Below the pieces are notes generated by a model. That model had not been told where the DNA came from. It searched no databases and saw only the letters and a program-made list of their open reading frames with translations. Both the position numbers and the translations under genes were made by a program. A stretch of DNA of 64,000 nt, taken from the NCBI GenBank assembly GCA_000004695.1, contig CM000151.3:8032001-8096000 (forward strand), in the 5' to 3' direction. This document shows, piece after piece, positions 61,087 through 64,000 of this stretch; within the stretch, counting starts at the first letter, position 1; every line of letters begins with the position of its first letter. The DNA is from Dictyostelium discoideum (lineage: Eukaryota).

Positions 61087-61666
61087 TTGTTAAAATTTAT
61101 GCACAAACTATTATTAATAATATTAAAAAACAAATACTTACATGTAGATGATGGATAGTTATTTGTAAAATTGTTACCAGAGAATTTATAACTAAAACTT
61201 GGTAATCCTAAGAAACATGTAAAACATGATGGTATAGTACCATTCATTAAATTATTTCTTACATATAAATCAACAGAACAGAATGAATCATCAATGGTAC
61301 CTGTTATTTTATTATCCATAATATTAATATATTTCAATTTTCCAAATAATGTTATATTGAAAACTAATGGAAATGAACCAGAGATAACATTATTTTCTAA
61401 TGTTAAAATTTCAACATTATTAAATAATGAGAAATCAAGTGTTTCAATATATCCACCTGAAAATGAAAATGATTTGAAATTCTTGTTTTTTGGTAAAATA
61501 AATGGGAATAAACCGCCGCCATATTGAAAATTTCTACCACATTTTGTAAAACTCATTGATTCAATTGAATTACCAATTGATGAAAAATCAATTATACTTG
61601 GCACACTAGAAATATAAGAATCAATCCAACTATTTCATAAATATATATTTTTAAAATGTTAGACTT

Positions 61667-61758
<92 letters not shown>

Positions 61759-62099
61759 TTATTAGAAAAATAATAAAACCTTACATCAACTTTAAATTAT
61801 CAGATCTAATTTGAGAAAATTCAAATGATGGAAATTGAATAAAATCATTTGAATGAATTGTTAAAGAGGTTATATTTTCGATTGTCGATATATTACTCCA
61901 TGAGGATTGTAAAAAATTGGGAAGTAATACCATATCAAATCGACCCTTAATAAATCTAAGCAATGGTATATTCCTTGTTATAATACTATTATCTGATTCC
62001 CATATTTTAGAACCATCCAAATCATTTTCAAAAAAAATTGAATGTGATATAAATGATAAACTAATCCATGGTGGAATATTTAATGAACTATTATATTGT

Positions 62100-62193
<94 letters not shown>

Positions 62194-62791
62194 TGTTGTT
62201 GTAGTAGTAGTAGTAGAAGTAGTTAGTAATTGTGAAATAAAACGAAATTTATTATATAATAATAATAATAATAATTATACATTACAATTGTATTAAGTTT
62301 TTTAAATATGAAAATTTAATTGTTGTTTCAATTGTTTGGCTAACAATGGATGCGTGAAAGTAATTTAATGATGGTTGTAATTGAGAGAATAGTAAATTAC
62401 TACCATACAAATTTAAAAATTCTAAATTTTGCGGTAATGCCGAATAAAGAGTGCTATTGTAAATTGTTGAATTTAGTGAAAGATCATTTAAATTTTCAAA
62501 ACATAAAAAATCATCACTAATCACATATGAATTTGATTGTCCAAGATTTAAACTATTAATTTGATTTTCATAACAACCTACAGATACAATTGGTTGACTA
62601 GTATTTTGAGTATTACAAAAATCATATTCAAGTGTTGAACTATTTTTAAAATTAACTTTTGAAATTGTACCTAAATTTATTAATAAATTTTCCATACATT
62701 CATTTTCTTTTGGACTTAATATTTGTTGTTGTGAATTTACAAAAACTATTAAAATAAATAATAAAAATAAAATTAGATAAAAGTTGAACAT
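58925..62791 (-). CDS. LRR/EGF-like type I membrane protein, paralog B. Structure is complement(join(58925..61026,61142..61629,61785..62087,62286..62791)), about 1132 aa.
   Basis: Exon phases (2, 2, 1) and boundaries match paralog A. Signal peptide MFNFYLILFLLFILIVFVNSQQQ. The EGF-like array is one module longer. TM segment VAITVPVVACALIIALLYVIYKKRF. Introns 1 and 3 contain (TAC)n and (ATT)n microsatellites. Confidence 0.55.
62098..62220. repeat. (TAC/GTA)n microsatellite, about 120 nt, with a short (GTT)n, inside intron 1 of paralog B
   Basis: agtagtagtag... run. It translates as the spurious poly-V ORF 62096..62296. Confidence 0.9.
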
Positions 62792-63762
62792 ATTATAAAA
62801 ATAATGATAATAATTATTTTTTTTTTTTGATGACTTTTTATATTGTTGGGAAAATCTTTAAAATTTGATATTTTTTTTTTTTTATTAAGATATTTTGGGG
62901 GATTACATATAATTTGAAAAAAAAAAAAAAAATATTAAAAAAAATAATATTAAAAAAAAAAAAAAAATATCTAAAGAACCTTTGATTTGAAATTAGATTT
63001 CGATTGGTGGTTTATTTCTTTATTTTTTTTGTTTTTTTTTTTTGAAGAATTTAAATGATATTTTTCATTTATTTTGAATTACTATAAAAAATATATTACC
63101 AGTTCAATTTTGTTTTTTTTTTTTTTTTTTTTTTTTGTTTTTAGAAAACTCAAAGACTTTTTTTTAAAGAATGATGATATAATTGAAGAAGCTCCTACAA
63201 TCACCACCACCTGAGAGAAATAAGGTCTAATGAAACATTTCTTTTGCATTTTAACAGATCCTCAGATAACTTATTAATTTGAAATCAATACCAGGAAATA
63301 TTGTAAGTTTAGATAATATCATTACTTTTTGTTATTTTTATCAATTGATAAAAATTCTTCCATTGAAAATAAAAATAAAATAAAATGTAAAAAAAAAGTG
63401 AAAATAATAAAAATAAAAACAAACACAAAAGCACGAAAAACGGAGGGTTTTGTGGATTTATTTTTATTTTTATTTTTATTTTAATTTTTATTTTTTTATT
63501 TTTATTTTATTTTGTTTTTTTTTTTTGTTTAATTATTTTTTTTTTTTGGATGTTTTTACAAAATTTTCTTTGTCTTTTTTTTTTTTTTTTTTTACAAACA
63601 ATCATTTTTTACTAAAACTTTAAAAAGCCATGACCTATAAGTCTTAAAAAGAATTTTTGTTTTTCTGAAAGTTTGAAAATTATCGTTTGCAGTAACATGA
63701 TGTTTTTTTTTAATTTAATTTAATTTAATTTTTTTTTTTTTTTTTTTTTTTTTTTTGGATTT

Positions 63763-63805
<43 letters not shown>

Positions 63806-63939
63806 AATTTTTGAAAAAAAAACAAACAAACAACTTTATTTATTTATTTATAATGTAAGTATCTTTTTTTAAAATCCGTCAATAAAAATAAATCTGAATT
63901 GAAAAAATAAAACAAATTAAAGAAAACAGAAATAAGATT

Positions 63940-63974
<35 letters not shown>

Positions 63975-64000
63975 GAATTAAAATTATTTGAAAATTTTGC

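Noticed and set aside
63170-63320. Possible first exon (ATG...ATATTG followed by gtaagt) near the window end
   Set aside because: Only very short open frames are present, and the downstream partner exon is outside the window.

Overview
This window looks like Dictyostelium-type nuclear DNA. It is about 78-80 percent AT, with long poly(A)/poly(T) intergenic tracts and (CAA)n/(AAT)n coding repeats giving poly-Q and poly-N. Introns are short with GTAAGT-type donors, and an ATG is often followed directly by an intron. No prokaryotic features are present (no CRISPR, no operons). The six-frame ORF track used bacterial start rules, so many of its M residues are actually TTG or GTG codons inside larger spliced exons. 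I rebuilt exon-intron structures by hand, and the coordinates of the multi-exon genes should be treated as approximate.

In order along the window:
- 4-hydroxyphenylpyruvate dioxygenase (hpd).
- Five intact paralogs of a 278-aa, internally duplicated protein of unknown function. Two copies sit on the minus strand (about 2.1-5.1 kb) and three on the plus strand (about 15.6-20.1 kb). Together they form an inverted segmental duplication around a roughly 10 kb core.
- The core carries a cytochrome P450, an RCC1 plus double-BTB protein, an ankyrin-repeat protein and a FNIP-repeat protein.
- A giant 2625-codon chorein-N/ATG_C lipid-transfer gene (Atg2-like or VPS13 family; which one is unresolved), rich in homopolymer tracts.
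- A 5.8 kb stretch with no genes, containing unusual CA/GT-rich islands.
- A cyclin-box gene, a NUBP1/Nbp35 Fe-S ATPase, DPM3, and a gene disrupted by two homopolymer frameshifts.
- Two tandem arylamine N-acetyltransferase paralogs, and an intronless NCS2 nucleobase permease.
- Two paralogous four-exon LRR/EGF-like type I membrane protein genes. They flank a tRNA-His locus loaded with tRNA-targeted non-LTR retrotransposon (TRE) sequence. This includes a near full-length element (ORF1, APE-RT ORF2, a frameshifted Zn-finger tail) and a nested 5'-truncated copy.

The most interesting object is the palindromic five-copy amplification of the novel two-domain family. It has conserved promoter motifs and hpd-derived breakpoint fragments.
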